Counted from the stretch's first letter, positions 17,286-25,978 are shown. The stretch is DNA of 64,000 bases from Candidatus Vogelbacteria bacterium (GCA_903878275.1 CAIRHC010000002.1:29218-93217); one strand, 5' to 3'. The notes: a model not told the origin generated them from the letters alone. Made by a program: numbers and translations.

Positions 17286-19454
17286 TTATTTTTTAGTTTT
17301 TGGAATAGTAACGATAAATTCAGTGCCTTTACCTTCCTCACTAATGAAAGTAATCGTGCCACCCGGATGAGCCTGAATAACTTCTCTTGTGATAAAAAGA
17401 CCTAAGCCAGAACCATCAGTGTACATATCTACCGCGTTAGTCGCTCGTTCAAACTTACCAAACATCCGCGCTTGATCGTCTTTTGGAATACCGACGCCAG
17501 TATCTTTAACCTTAATGATAATACTTTGAGGATTTTCGTCCAGTAGCATCTCAACCTTACCTTCCTTAGTATATTTAAGAGCATTATCAACCAAATTAAA
17601 GAGAGCTTGTTCAAGATAATCGGGATCAGACTTGATTTGAGGATTGGCTGGATTGGGAATAAAGACTAGTTGTAGCTTCTTTTCATTAGCAAAATTTTGA
17701 CTATCAGCAATCACATCAGCCAACACCTTGTTAAGGTCGACTAGCACGATTCTTTTCTCGACAAAACTAAATTTTTCGGTATCAAATTCAGAGGCTTGGA
17801 GAATATCTCTAATTATCTGGCTAATCTTTAATGATTTTTGATAGATATTATCAATCAAATGATTTTGAGTTTCCTGTGGGACATTCTTTAATGACCCTTC
17901 TCTAAACATTGAGATGGTACCAAAGATAACCGAGATTGGTGTTTTTAATTGATGTGAGGCAATATCTAAAAATTCTGATCTCATCGCCAATAATTTCTTT
18001 AAGTGTTCAGCTTGTTCTTCCAATACTTTCGTTTTATCTTGCAAAGTCATCGTTTGATCATTTACTTTTTGTTTGAGTGTTTTATTAAAATCTTTAACCT
18101 CTTTATACAATTCGGCATTATCAATCGCAATCGCGGCTTGATTTGAAAGCGTCATCAACAATTCTAAATCTTCGACCGTAAATGGGTCGCCAAAAAGTCT
18201 CGGCCCTAAAGCAATCGAACCAATTAATTTTTTGTTATTAACCAATGGTAAACAAACGGAAATATCCATTTTCTTCATTTGCTCAACAATCAGCAAAAGA
18301 TCCTCTGGCTTTTCTTTCAACCGTTCATCAGAAGAAAATAAAGACAGCTCTTCAAGCACAACGGGTCGCTGAGTTTTTTCTAAATATTTAATTAAAGAAT
18401 CTTTTGTTCTGGCTCTCGGATTAAGCATTGTCACTTCAACTTTTTTAATCCCCATAATGTCTTGAATCGTTTTAGTGATCAGGTCAGTAATTTCAACCAA
18501 GTCAGTATGATAAGTTAATTGACCAGCGAGACGACTAATGGTTTCTTGAAAATTGTAGAGGCCGGAAAAGAGGTATTTATTAGCAAAAATTTTCATACCC
18601 TTGTCGACACGATAAAAACCAAAAGCAAAGAGTGGAGCAATTGCTAGACCGATAATCAAGGCTCCGTTGGCAAAAACACCACCAAAAAATTCGTTATAAA
18701 ACCAAGTAAGGAGATAAAAAATCGCATAAGCAAAAAAGGCTACACCGAAATAAACAAAAATTCGGCGGACAACAATTCTAACATCCAAGAGTCGGTAACG
18801 GATAATGGCGTAAACAGTGAATAAAACGTAGGTCGAAGCAAATAAATTACCATAAGGTTTAATTGGGATGTTATACCAAAGAAAGTAATTAGTTGAACCG
18901 CCGACAAGACTAATCGCGATACCTAAAAGAAGATATTTAATCTGGGCTCTTTTAATCGCCGAGGTTTCAGTTTTTAAAGCACGAAATGACAAATAGGCCG
19001 AGTAGGCAGACACTCCAACGAACATCATCAAAAATGGGGCATATGCTATGCCCGGTTTAGGCCAAAAAATAAAACCGGCCAATGGCTCAACGTGATCCAC
19101 CATTAACGGAGTTAATAGTAGCAGGGAAAAAACGACAGACAGAAGATAATTAAGATTTAAAAACTTCTTATATCTCTCTTCAATATTCAAAAAGACCAAA
19201 ACCACTTTTAGATAGGCAACCGGAATCCAAACGGCCCCAAGCATCAATACTCTAGTCCAAAATAAAGCTAAGTCGCTATTACTTTGTTCTGTTTGCCAAA
19301 GAAAATAAAAGAAGCTCCAAAAAGCGACAGAGGCACACCAAAAAGCTAATGATTTATTTAAACGAGCTTTGGGATTTTTGTATAAAACAAAAAAGCCCAG
19401 TAGTAATCCGATCGAAAAATTAATAAGAGCAGTAATTGAGTAATAACTCCACAT
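17286..19454 (-). CDS. sensor histidine kinase (about 8 N-terminal TM helices, then GAF, HisKA and HATPase_c)
   Basis: Hydrophobic N-terminal 290 aa; the H-box is ASHQLKTPISVI; the C-terminal part carries the HATPase_c G-boxes (DTGVGIP...GSGLGL). Confidence 0.8.
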   Translation of the reverse strand: MWSYYSITALINFSIGLLLGFFVLYKNPKARLNKSLAFWCASVAFWSFFYFLWQTEQSNSDLALFWTRVLMLGAVWIPVAYLKVVLVFLNIEERYKKFLNLNYLLSVVFSLLLLTPLMVDHVEPLAGFIFWPKPGIAYAPFLMMFVGVSAYSAYLSFRALKTETSAIKRAQIKYLLLGIAISLVGGSTNYFLWYNIPIKPYGNLFASTYVLFTVYAIIRYRLLDVRIVVRRIFVYFGVAFFAYAIFYLLTWFYNEFFGGVFANGALIIGLAIAPLFAFGFYRVDKGMKIFANKYLFSGLYNFQETISRLAGQLTYHTDLVEITDLITKTIQDIMGIKKVEVTMLNPRARTKDSLIKYLEKTQRPVVLEELSLFSSDERLKEKPEDLLLIVEQMKKMDISVCLPLVNNKKLIGSIALGPRLFGDPFTVEDLELLMTLSNQAAIAIDNAELYKEVKDFNKTLKQKVNDQTMTLQDKTKVLEEQAEHLKKLLAMRSEFLDIASHQLKTPISVIFGTISMFREGSLKNVPQETQNHLIDNIYQKSLKISQIIRDILQASEFDTEKFSFVEKRIVLVDLNKVLADVIADSQNFANEKKLQLVFIPNPANPQIKSDPDYLEQALFNLVDNALKYTKEGKVEMLLDENPQSIIIKVKDTGVGIPKDDQARMFGKFERATNAVDMYTDGSGLGLFITREVIQAHPGGTITFISEEGKGTEFIVTIPKTKK

Positions 19455-19570
19455 AAAAAATATGTTTGATTATTAAAATTATAGCATAATCGTTTATTAA
19501 ACGAAAAATAGCAGTTGCTCGAATGGTTTAGATTCAAGCAACTGCTATTATGTTACGCTTTCTCGTCGGC

Positions 19571-20674
19571 TCAGCGTGTTGCCGTCGCCACAGGGTGAAC
19601 ACCCCACGGCTCAACATAAACCTTGATGTTCTTGCCACCAGCCTTTTCGATGAGTTGACCAAACTCTTCGGGAGTCCGATAGATGATCGGCCAATTGTAC
19701 ATCTTCAAAAGCAGGTTTGCCGCTCTGGTCCGACTCATGTTCGAGATGATGATCTGTCCACCCTCTCTCAAAGAGCCGAGGGCAAACCGAATCAAAGCAA
19801 TCGCGCGGTCGTCTGGCAGATAATCAAGAATGCCACAGGCCTCGACGATGTCGAAACTCTGTTCGGCAAAATGATCCGCCAATTTCAGAAACGAGATCCG
19901 CTCGCAACTGACTTGATCGGCGACTCCCGCTTGTTCCGCTCTCTTAGCGGCTAAAGCCAGAGATTCTTTCCGCACGTCCGTGAGGATCAACTCGACTTTT
20001 TGTCCACGCCCTTTTGCTTTCAGATTGCGCAAGGCGTGAACGATTGGCTGAGCTGACCCACAAGCGATTGACATTGTTCGACCGCCACCAGTTTGTTCAT
20101 AAAGCTTAACAACCTGGCGATAGCGGTTTCTAACTGACTGCGCGTTCGGGCAATCAAGATAGAGATTCGACCACATATCGGGTGGGGCACTGAGCGGATA
20201 AATGGCTTGACTGTCCCACTCGAACGAGCCGATGGCGTTGTAAACATCGTCCAAAGCTTCCGCTTCGGCCGCGTGTTCACAAAAGTCTTGGAGTAGTGGC
20301 GAAGACGCGTTGAAACCGAGAGTTCTCAGTTCAAAGAGCGCCTTCAACCGTTTTGGTCCAAAACTCTGTCTGGCTTGATCGAGGATGCCGTCCTTACCAT
20401 TACCGTTTCCGTTCTCCTCGACGAACGACTCGGGTTGACTGGAAAAGTTCAGAGCGACCCTCAGGGATTTAATCCTGATATATTCGGCCAGTAACCAGCC
20501 GATTGTCCACTCAAAAACAAACCAGAACCACGAACCTTTCTTCTCAAATCCAGCGTGACTAAGCTTGATGATCTCAAAACTTGACCCAACCGAATCTTTT
20601 TCCGCGACCCCCTTATCAATAAGGGAGGCCGTCAGCACCTCAGCGTTGTTGTCCATGACGAAACCTCCTTTCAA
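19571..20674 (-). CDS. class I SAM-dependent methyltransferase with an about 170-aa N-terminal domain of unknown function
   Basis: Motif I-like IACGSAQP and ...LTDVRKESL...DIVEACGILDYL. GC-rich. It is the first gene of the minus-strand array. Confidence 0.55.
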   Translation of the reverse strand: MKGGFVMDNNAEVLTASLIDKGVAEKDSVGSSFEIIKLSHAGFEKKGSWFWFVFEWTIGWLLAEYIRIKSLRVALNFSSQPESFVEENGNGNGKDGILDQARQSFGPKRLKALFELRTLGFNASSPLLQDFCEHAAEAEALDDVYNAIGSFEWDSQAIYPLSAPPDMWSNLYLDCPNAQSVRNRYRQVVKLYEQTGGGRTMSIACGSAQPIVHALRNLKAKGRGQKVELILTDVRKESLALAAKRAEQAGVADQVSCERISFLKLADHFAEQSFDIVEACGILDYLPDDRAIALIRFALGSLREGGQIIISNMSRTRAANLLLKMYNWPIIYRTPEEFGQLIEKAGGKNIKVYVEPWGVHPVATATR

Positions 20675-21109
20675 GGTTTACTTAACAAAGTTCCTAGTTA
20701 AAATCATTCCACTGGTTACAATACCACAAAATTGTAGAGTAGTCCAGTTTTTATTAAAGAAGAATTCCTGATCGATAAAAGCCTTAACTCTCCCGAAATA
20801 TCGTCTCCATCGTCGGTATCGTCGCACGAAGACGATAGGACGGTAGAGACGGTTAGGCGGACAACTTCTTAGATTTCAAATTTTCCCACCAGGGCGGGCG
20901 TAACTTCCCATCTAAAAGCGTAAAGTAACGCAAAAGAAAACTCTGGGTTCCTATTAGAAAATGGGAAACCCCGTAAAAACTACGAGTTCTCATCTAAAAG
21001 CGGATTTATCCGTAAAAATAACCTCTAGCTTCCCAATTCAAATCGATGGTGATCGAAACCACAACTTCCCTGCTATCAAAATACTGTGCTTTCATCGAAA
21101 AACTCTGGA

Positions 21110-21691
21110 CTAACGAGCAATAGCTTGAACATCTTGCCATATCTTCATTACATCTCTGACATAATCAGTCATACCAGCACGAGCGGCCATGTTAAGAAGA
21201 GAACAATATCGTCGGGTATAGCTACCACAGTACCAAATCCGACTGATAGCTTCTCGTTTATCCATTACTTTAGCTTTACGGCTTAATTGATATAGATATT
21301 GGCCGTTGGTAGACTGTCGATTAATTGTGGTCAAAGCATAGATAAAATGTTGCTGGCATTTAAACTCTCTTTCTGTTGGTGACAAATAGAGCTTGTCGCA
21401 TCGACGCAAGCACTCAGGGCATTCAAAATAGTACCTCGTTCCTCCAAAAGGAGTGCTTAGTGTCAGTAAAGTTATTTTTTGTGAGTCACGATTAGGTGCA
21501 CCAAGTGTCACCACTGGTTCACCGCCTTCCATTTCTAGCCAATAATTAACAATTAGCTCGTTTTTACCGTTTAAAAGAGTGGCTTGGTCGGTAATAACGA
21601 CCCCACTAGCGTTCCTACAGCGAGATATTGAGCGTTTTAAAGCAGAAGTTGATAGTTGATAACACTCTTCAATTAAAGATGATCTAGTCAC
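21110..21691 (-). CDS. hypothetical protein with a Zn-ribbon-like CPEC...C motif
   Basis: 193-aa ORF, the last gene of the minus-strand island. Confidence 0.35.
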   Translation of the reverse strand: MTRSSLIEECYQLSTSALKRSISRCRNASGVVITDQATLLNGKNELIVNYWLEMEGGEPVVTLGAPNRDSQKITLLTLSTPFGGTRYYFECPECLRRCDKLYLSPTEREFKCQQHFIYALTTINRQSTNGQYLYQLSRKAKVMDKREAISRIWYCGSYTRRYCSLLNMAARAGMTDYVRDVMKIWQDVQAIAR

Positions 21692-21727
21692 CTTTAAATT
21701 TTAGCATAAGTCCTTGGAAAAATTCCC

Positions 21728-21886
21728 TTATATCTCCTCGGCAACCTCTAAAGCATCATCTTCGTCCAAACCTTCATCGATAAGCTCCTGTACCTTCTCG
21801 GCTTGGTCCTCATCAAGATCGTGAGCCAGCATTAGCTCGGCAATCTCTTCTTCTGGTCCTTCGTCTTTGTTTATTTCGTCATTCAT
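21728..21886 (-). CDS. small, highly acidic protein (52 aa; MNDEINKDEGPEEEIAELMLAHDLDEDQAEKVQELIDEGLDEDDALEVAEEI)
   Basis: ORF under 60 aa, missing from the track. Its ATG is 5 nt downstream of the thermonuclease stop. Confidence 0.3.
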   Translation of the reverse strand: MNDEINKDEGPEEEIAELMLAHDLDEDQAEKVQELIDEGLDEDDALEVAEEI

Positions 21887-21890
21887 AACT

Positions 21891-22691
21891 TTATTTACAC
21901 TCCTTATGCAATGTCTTATCCGGATAAGCCTTTAGCAACTCCGCCTCAGAGCTAAAGGTCTTAAGATATTTTGGCGACAAGCCTTTCCACACGGAATCAG
22001 TATCGCAATAATAATATCTCGCTGTTGGGTGAGCGCTAACATAAAAGGTGTGGCCGGTGGTCCCGATTACTGCAGGGCTAGAGGAAGAGACTTTTTGACT
22101 CGCATTTGTTACTTGTTGGCAAGCATTATCAGCCCACAAGCCTACCTTACTCGCCTCAGCTACTTTCTGGGCATTTTTATATTCCGCTTGATACTTGTAA
22201 GGGAGGTCATAGGTATATTCGTGAGCATAGCCTTCTTCAATCATCAACTTATTAAAACTTCGCCCATCAGCCAAATAAACATATCTTAATGTCCGGCCGT
22301 ACTTATCAAGCTCGCCTTGTGATTGATCGCTTTCTAAGCCGACTGATTGGCCTGACAAGAGCTCCTTCGCTTTCGCTGACGCTTCTCGGCCAAAACATTG
22401 AACTGGTTTTCGAGGATCAACCACTTCGGGCGTGTCCATACCAATCAGACGAAGTCTTGTTACTTTGCCGTTAATATCCACATCAATCGTGTCGCCATCA
22501 ACGACTTTGGTTACTCTAAATAACGAGCTTGAAGCGAAATTGCCACTAAGTTGGACATTTGCCACTAATTTTTGACCAAAGTCGCTAGATTGAGGAGATG
22601 GTGATAATTTAGAACTACTTACCGCTAAAACAACAGCGGCAAAAATAAAGATTAAGACTGTGAACCATTTTAAATACTGTTTTTTAAGCAT
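21891..22691 (-). CDS. secreted thermonuclease (staphylococcal-nuclease-like) with a C-terminal extension
   Basis: An N-terminal TM/signal segment, then VVDGDTIDVDINGKVTRLRLIGMDTPE...GRTLRYVYL...EGYAHEY. Confidence 0.75.
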   Translation of the reverse strand: MLKKQYLKWFTVLIFIFAAVVLAVSSSKLSPSPQSSDFGQKLVANVQLSGNFASSSLFRVTKVVDGDTIDVDINGKVTRLRLIGMDTPEVVDPRKPVQCFGREASAKAKELLSGQSVGLESDQSQGELDKYGRTLRYVYLADGRSFNKLMIEEGYAHEYTYDLPYKYQAEYKNAQKVAEASKVGLWADNACQQVTNASQKVSSSSPAVIGTTGHTFYVSAHPTARYYYCDTDSVWKGLSPKYLKTFSSEAELLKAYPDKTLHKECK

Positions 22692-23307
22692 GTTGATTTT
22701 TGTCGTAATAATACTTATTTATACCATGAGCAATCTCTAAAACCTCATTGGCTAAGGCTCTTAAGTTATCTATTTCTTTAGAAAAATCAGACGGACTATA
22801 CCTTTCATCCTTAGTAGATTTCGATCTTAATTTCTTTAAATCTTCTATTACCTTTGAACCATCGCTATCTAAACCCCCCTGAAATTCTAAAAGCTTTTTA
22901 TAACTTTCGATTTTTGTATCAATTTCAATCTCAGAGAACCCCATGTTAAAATAGGAACCCTTGTCACTAATATCCACATGGGCAATTATTTTATTTCTAT
23001 TGATTGTAATTTTATCAATAATGTTTTTATATTTCTTCTCAAAATTACTAATTCTGTCCTTAAAAATTTGAGGTGAGTCTTTTTTTAATTGTTTCAATCC
23101 TGATTTATCGCTCTTTGTCACTGAAATCAACTTTGCCATATCCAAAATAATGGAGTGGATATAGACAAAATCAATATTGTAAAAATCTTTCTTAATATCA
23201 CTTCCTTCTATCTTATTTTGGTAATCATCTAACTTTTTTAAACTGGTGCGACACAAATCATCAATAACCAGCAACAGGTTATAAAAATTTTTGGGGTGTT
23301 TCGTCAT
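22684..23307 (-). CDS. hypothetical protein with an Rx5H motif, possibly a HEPN/Abi-like RNase domain
   Basis: 207 aa, very AT-rich; RNKIIAH matches the HEPN R-x4-6-H pattern. Confidence 0.3.
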   Translation of the reverse strand: MTKHPKNFYNLLLVIDDLCRTSLKKLDDYQNKIEGSDIKKDFYNIDFVYIHSIILDMAKLISVTKSDKSGLKQLKKDSPQIFKDRISNFEKKYKNIIDKITINRNKIIAHVDISDKGSYFNMGFSEIEIDTKIESYKKLLEFQGGLDSDGSKVIEDLKKLRSKSTKDERYSPSDFSKEIDNLRALANEVLEIAHGINKYYYDKNQHA

Positions 23308-23338
23308 CTTTTGTTTATTTCATCGTCCATAGATTTAT

Positions 23339-23533
23339 CTAAATTCTGTTATTCCATCCTTGCCAGATTAAAACGATAGTGAGAATCACTAAAATTACAT
23401 TAAGGACGATAACTACTCGACTTGAAAAGTCGGTTGAATTCTTGAGCCGTCGCATCATTTCGACAGAGGCTCTGCTCGAAGTATTAAGGGTTTGATCGAC
23501 CAACTCATTATCTGTCTTGTTTTTATATTCCAT
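23339..23533 (-). CDS. small protein with a C-terminal TM helix (64 aa)
   Basis: ORF between the Cas4-like gene and the HEPN-like gene. Confidence 0.3.
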   Translation of the reverse strand: MEYKNKTDNELVDQTLNTSSRASVEMMRRLKNSTDFSSRVVIVLNVILVILTIVLIWQGWNNRI

Positions 23534-23541
23534 GGGTATTT

Positions 23542-24291
23542 TTATTTAATTAACTTCGCCCTTTCCTTAGCATAACCACAAAACTCACAATCGATGGTCT
23601 CCTTGGGCATCTTGGCGCGATTAAGGCACTTCTTAATCTTAACCAACTCCGCTTCAATCCAGTCGTCCTTGCCGGTATACGGAAGGACTACGATATCAAA
23701 CTCTACCTTGCCATCAAACGCTTTTCTATCCGTTCGACCATTACAATAGACGAAGTAGCCAATATCGGACACCTTAAAACCATTCTGACGCAGTAGCCAT
23801 TGGTAAATCTCCATTTGGCGCTTATAGCCGTCTTGCCACTCGGCATCAAGATTAACTTCGCTTTCCTTAGCCGTCGCCTTATAATCCACCACGATTAACT
23901 CTTTCTTTTTATTTATCCAGATATCGTCAACCGCCCCAGTGATCAACAGATTGGTCGGTTCATGTAGATAGCGAACACCTTTGAAGTTCTCTCTCCACTC
24001 GTCCATCATTTCATGCTGAAAAGGCACCGCATCAATGCCGTACTGCTTCATTAGCGGATGAGTCGTTTTGTCGGCGCGATGAATATCAAATTCTTTCTTT
24101 AAGAGTGTATCCACTGCCTTGTTAATATTAAAAGGTGGACAGTTTGGTTGTTTAATCCCAAGACGGTTATTTAAGTAGAAACAACAAGGGCAATTAACAA
24201 ACGACTCAATACCACTGCGGCTAATCTTAAATGGCTTGTCGTCTTTGGCTTTAAATAACCCCCGAGATTTTATTTTAAATTCTTTTTTCAT
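23542..24291 (-). CDS. Cas4/RecB-like PD-(D/E)xK nuclease with a four-Cys candidate Fe-S ligand set
   Basis: D...VVDYK core motif; cysteines in CPCC (N-terminal) and CEFC (C-terminal), as in Cas4/AddB nuclease domains. Confidence 0.55.
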   Translation of the reverse strand: MKKEFKIKSRGLFKAKDDKPFKISRSGIESFVNCPCCFYLNNRLGIKQPNCPPFNINKAVDTLLKKEFDIHRADKTTHPLMKQYGIDAVPFQHEMMDEWRENFKGVRYLHEPTNLLITGAVDDIWINKKKELIVVDYKATAKESEVNLDAEWQDGYKRQMEIYQWLLRQNGFKVSDIGYFVYCNGRTDRKAFDGKVEFDIVVLPYTGKDDWIEAELVKIKKCLNRAKMPKETIDCEFCGYAKERAKLIK

Positions 24292-24307
24292 ATTTATTCC
24301 TAGTTCT

Positions 24308-25978
24308 TCAACGTACTTCGACCCTGTCTTTATTAATCCACTTTAAAAATGTTGGTTTTTTATTTTTATTAGATGAGATGAGAAATATTTTCTTCCTAGC
24401 TCTAGTCAAAGCAACAATAAAATTACAGATATCTTGGTCGGAAATATTTTTCTTATCTTTGCCTTTGATAAAATACTGATCATCAAAGTGAGTAATAAAG
24501 ACAATATCAGCGGCCAGACCCTTGGAACTTTGGATAGTAGTGGCTTTTATTGGGATTTTCCTAATTCCCGGATTTCCTCCTTTTAAGGGATTAGACTCGA
24601 TCTCATTTTTTAGGAAGTTTTTTATAATTTCTTTATTTTCAAACCCCATTTTATTTAACAATTGTTCGAGTTCAACGGTATCGACAATTTTATCATTTTT
24701 AATACTACGACAGATCTTTAAGTCTCCATTGATTTCTTTTTTGATATCCTTAGAGACAATTTCGCTAATTGGTTTCGCGTTATCTTTAGCCGTCTCTTTA
24801 ATTAGCCTCTCAAAATCTTCCTTGCTTAAATAATGCTTTACAACAATACGCCAACCAAGATTGCTGCCAATGTGATCCAGAAGGAGTTTAAATCCATCAA
24901 TAATTGTTGGGTCTTCACCACTTTCTTTTTCTGGGTGCTCAATATTACTAAAACCTTTTTTGCGTAAGGCTTCGACGACAGTTTTTGACTGTTTTTTTGT
25001 TGGAGATATTATTAAGACCGAAAATAAACCCTTAACTTCTTCAGCTATCTCACCAATTTTTGTTTGGATATACCATGGGATTTGGCCAGCATACGATTGG
25101 TTATAAATAATGTTAGGGTTTAGTTCGCTCTCCTTGTCTTTCTTCTCATCCGGAAAATATTGATATGGTTTATCAATCCGATTTTTTAATAACCCGTTAT
25201 TCTTGGCGGACAATATCAAATCATTCGTAGCATCGACAATAACCTCGGTACACCGAGAACAATAGGGAAGGCTAAATGGTGCATATTCCGGGCACAAATC
25301 ACCATGCTTGAGTCGTATATAATCAGCGCTGGCACTCTTAAAACCATATAGAGCTTGGTCATCGTCCCCAGCTAACAAGACGGGACTTTTTTCTGAAAGT
25401 AGCTCGATGAGAGAAACTTCTAGTCTATTAAAATCCTGAAATTCATCGACGACAATTTGTTCCCACTTTGGTATTTTTTCTTTTTTAGATTCAAAATATT
25501 TAACCACGGCAAAGATAACATCTGGATACCCATAGTATTTGCCATAAAAGTTCTTTCGCTTCTTGTAAAATTCTAAATCCGTGTTATCGTCGTCACGGTT
25601 ATGAAAAATTTGGTCAAAATCAATGTCTTTTTCTAAAACAATCTTGGCATCTTCTTTTATTACCCGTGGCAGTTTAGGAAAAAGTTTTATCTCATTTTTT
25701 ACCACCTTACTTAACTCACTTCTGGCAAAACTATGGAGAGTTCTAACTTCTGATACACCACAAAGCTCTAGAGATAGTTCCTCTACCAGAGCATTCACAA
25801 AGGTAAGGGTTAGTGTGTCTTTTTTCCCTTTAAGTATCTCTTTAAAAAGATGGGTCTTCCCTGTCCCCGGCCCAGCAACGACAATTTTATGTCTTGAGAT
25901 AGAATTTAAAATTGCGTCAGTATGTTTCTTCCGTTCGGCTTTTGACTTAACATATTTTTCAACATTGTCAGGAATAAT
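24308..25978 (-). CDS. UvrD/Rep-family SF1 helicase with all motifs. There is no ATG/GTG/TTG before its Walker A, and it lies in frame with the upstream ORF across a single TAG.
   Basis: Motif I (IVVAGPGTGKT, about 25853-25885), motif II (IVVDEFQD), motif III (LLAGDDDQALYGF) and motifs V/VI (TIQSSKGLAADIVFI, VALTRARKKIFL). The first codons after the TAG are ATT ATT CCT GAC... Confidence 0.65.
   Translation of the reverse strand: MIPDNVEKYVKSKAERKKHTDAILNSISRHKIVVAGPGTGKTHLFKEILKGKKDTLTLTFVNALVEELSLELCGVSEVRTLHSFARSELSKVVKNEIKLFPKLPRVIKEDAKIVLEKDIDFDQIFHNRDDDNTDLEFYKKRKNFYGKYYGYPDVIFAVVKYFESKKEKIPKWEQIVVDEFQDFNRLEVSLIELLSEKSPVLLAGDDDQALYGFKSASADYIRLKHGDLCPEYAPFSLPYCSRCTEVIVDATNDLILSAKNNGLLKNRIDKPYQYFPDEKKDKESELNPNIIYNQSYAGQIPWYIQTKIGEIAEEVKGLFSVLIISPTKKQSKTVVEALRKKGFSNIEHPEKESGEDPTIIDGFKLLLDHIGSNLGWRIVVKHYLSKEDFERLIKETAKDNAKPISEIVSKDIKKEINGDLKICRSIKNDKIVDTVELEQLLNKMGFENKEIIKNFLKNEIESNPLKGGNPGIRKIPIKATTIQSSKGLAADIVFITHFDDQYFIKGKDKKNISDQDICNFIVALTRARKKIFLISSNKNKKPTFLKWINKDRVEVR

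Noticed and set aside
24308-25798. GTG-initiated 496-aa helicase ORF from the track taken as the true gene model
   Set aside because: That start lies downstream of Walker A (IVVAGPGTGKT at about 25853-25885). The conserved N-terminal extension is in frame up to the TAG at 25979, so the shorter model would encode an ATPase-dead protein.
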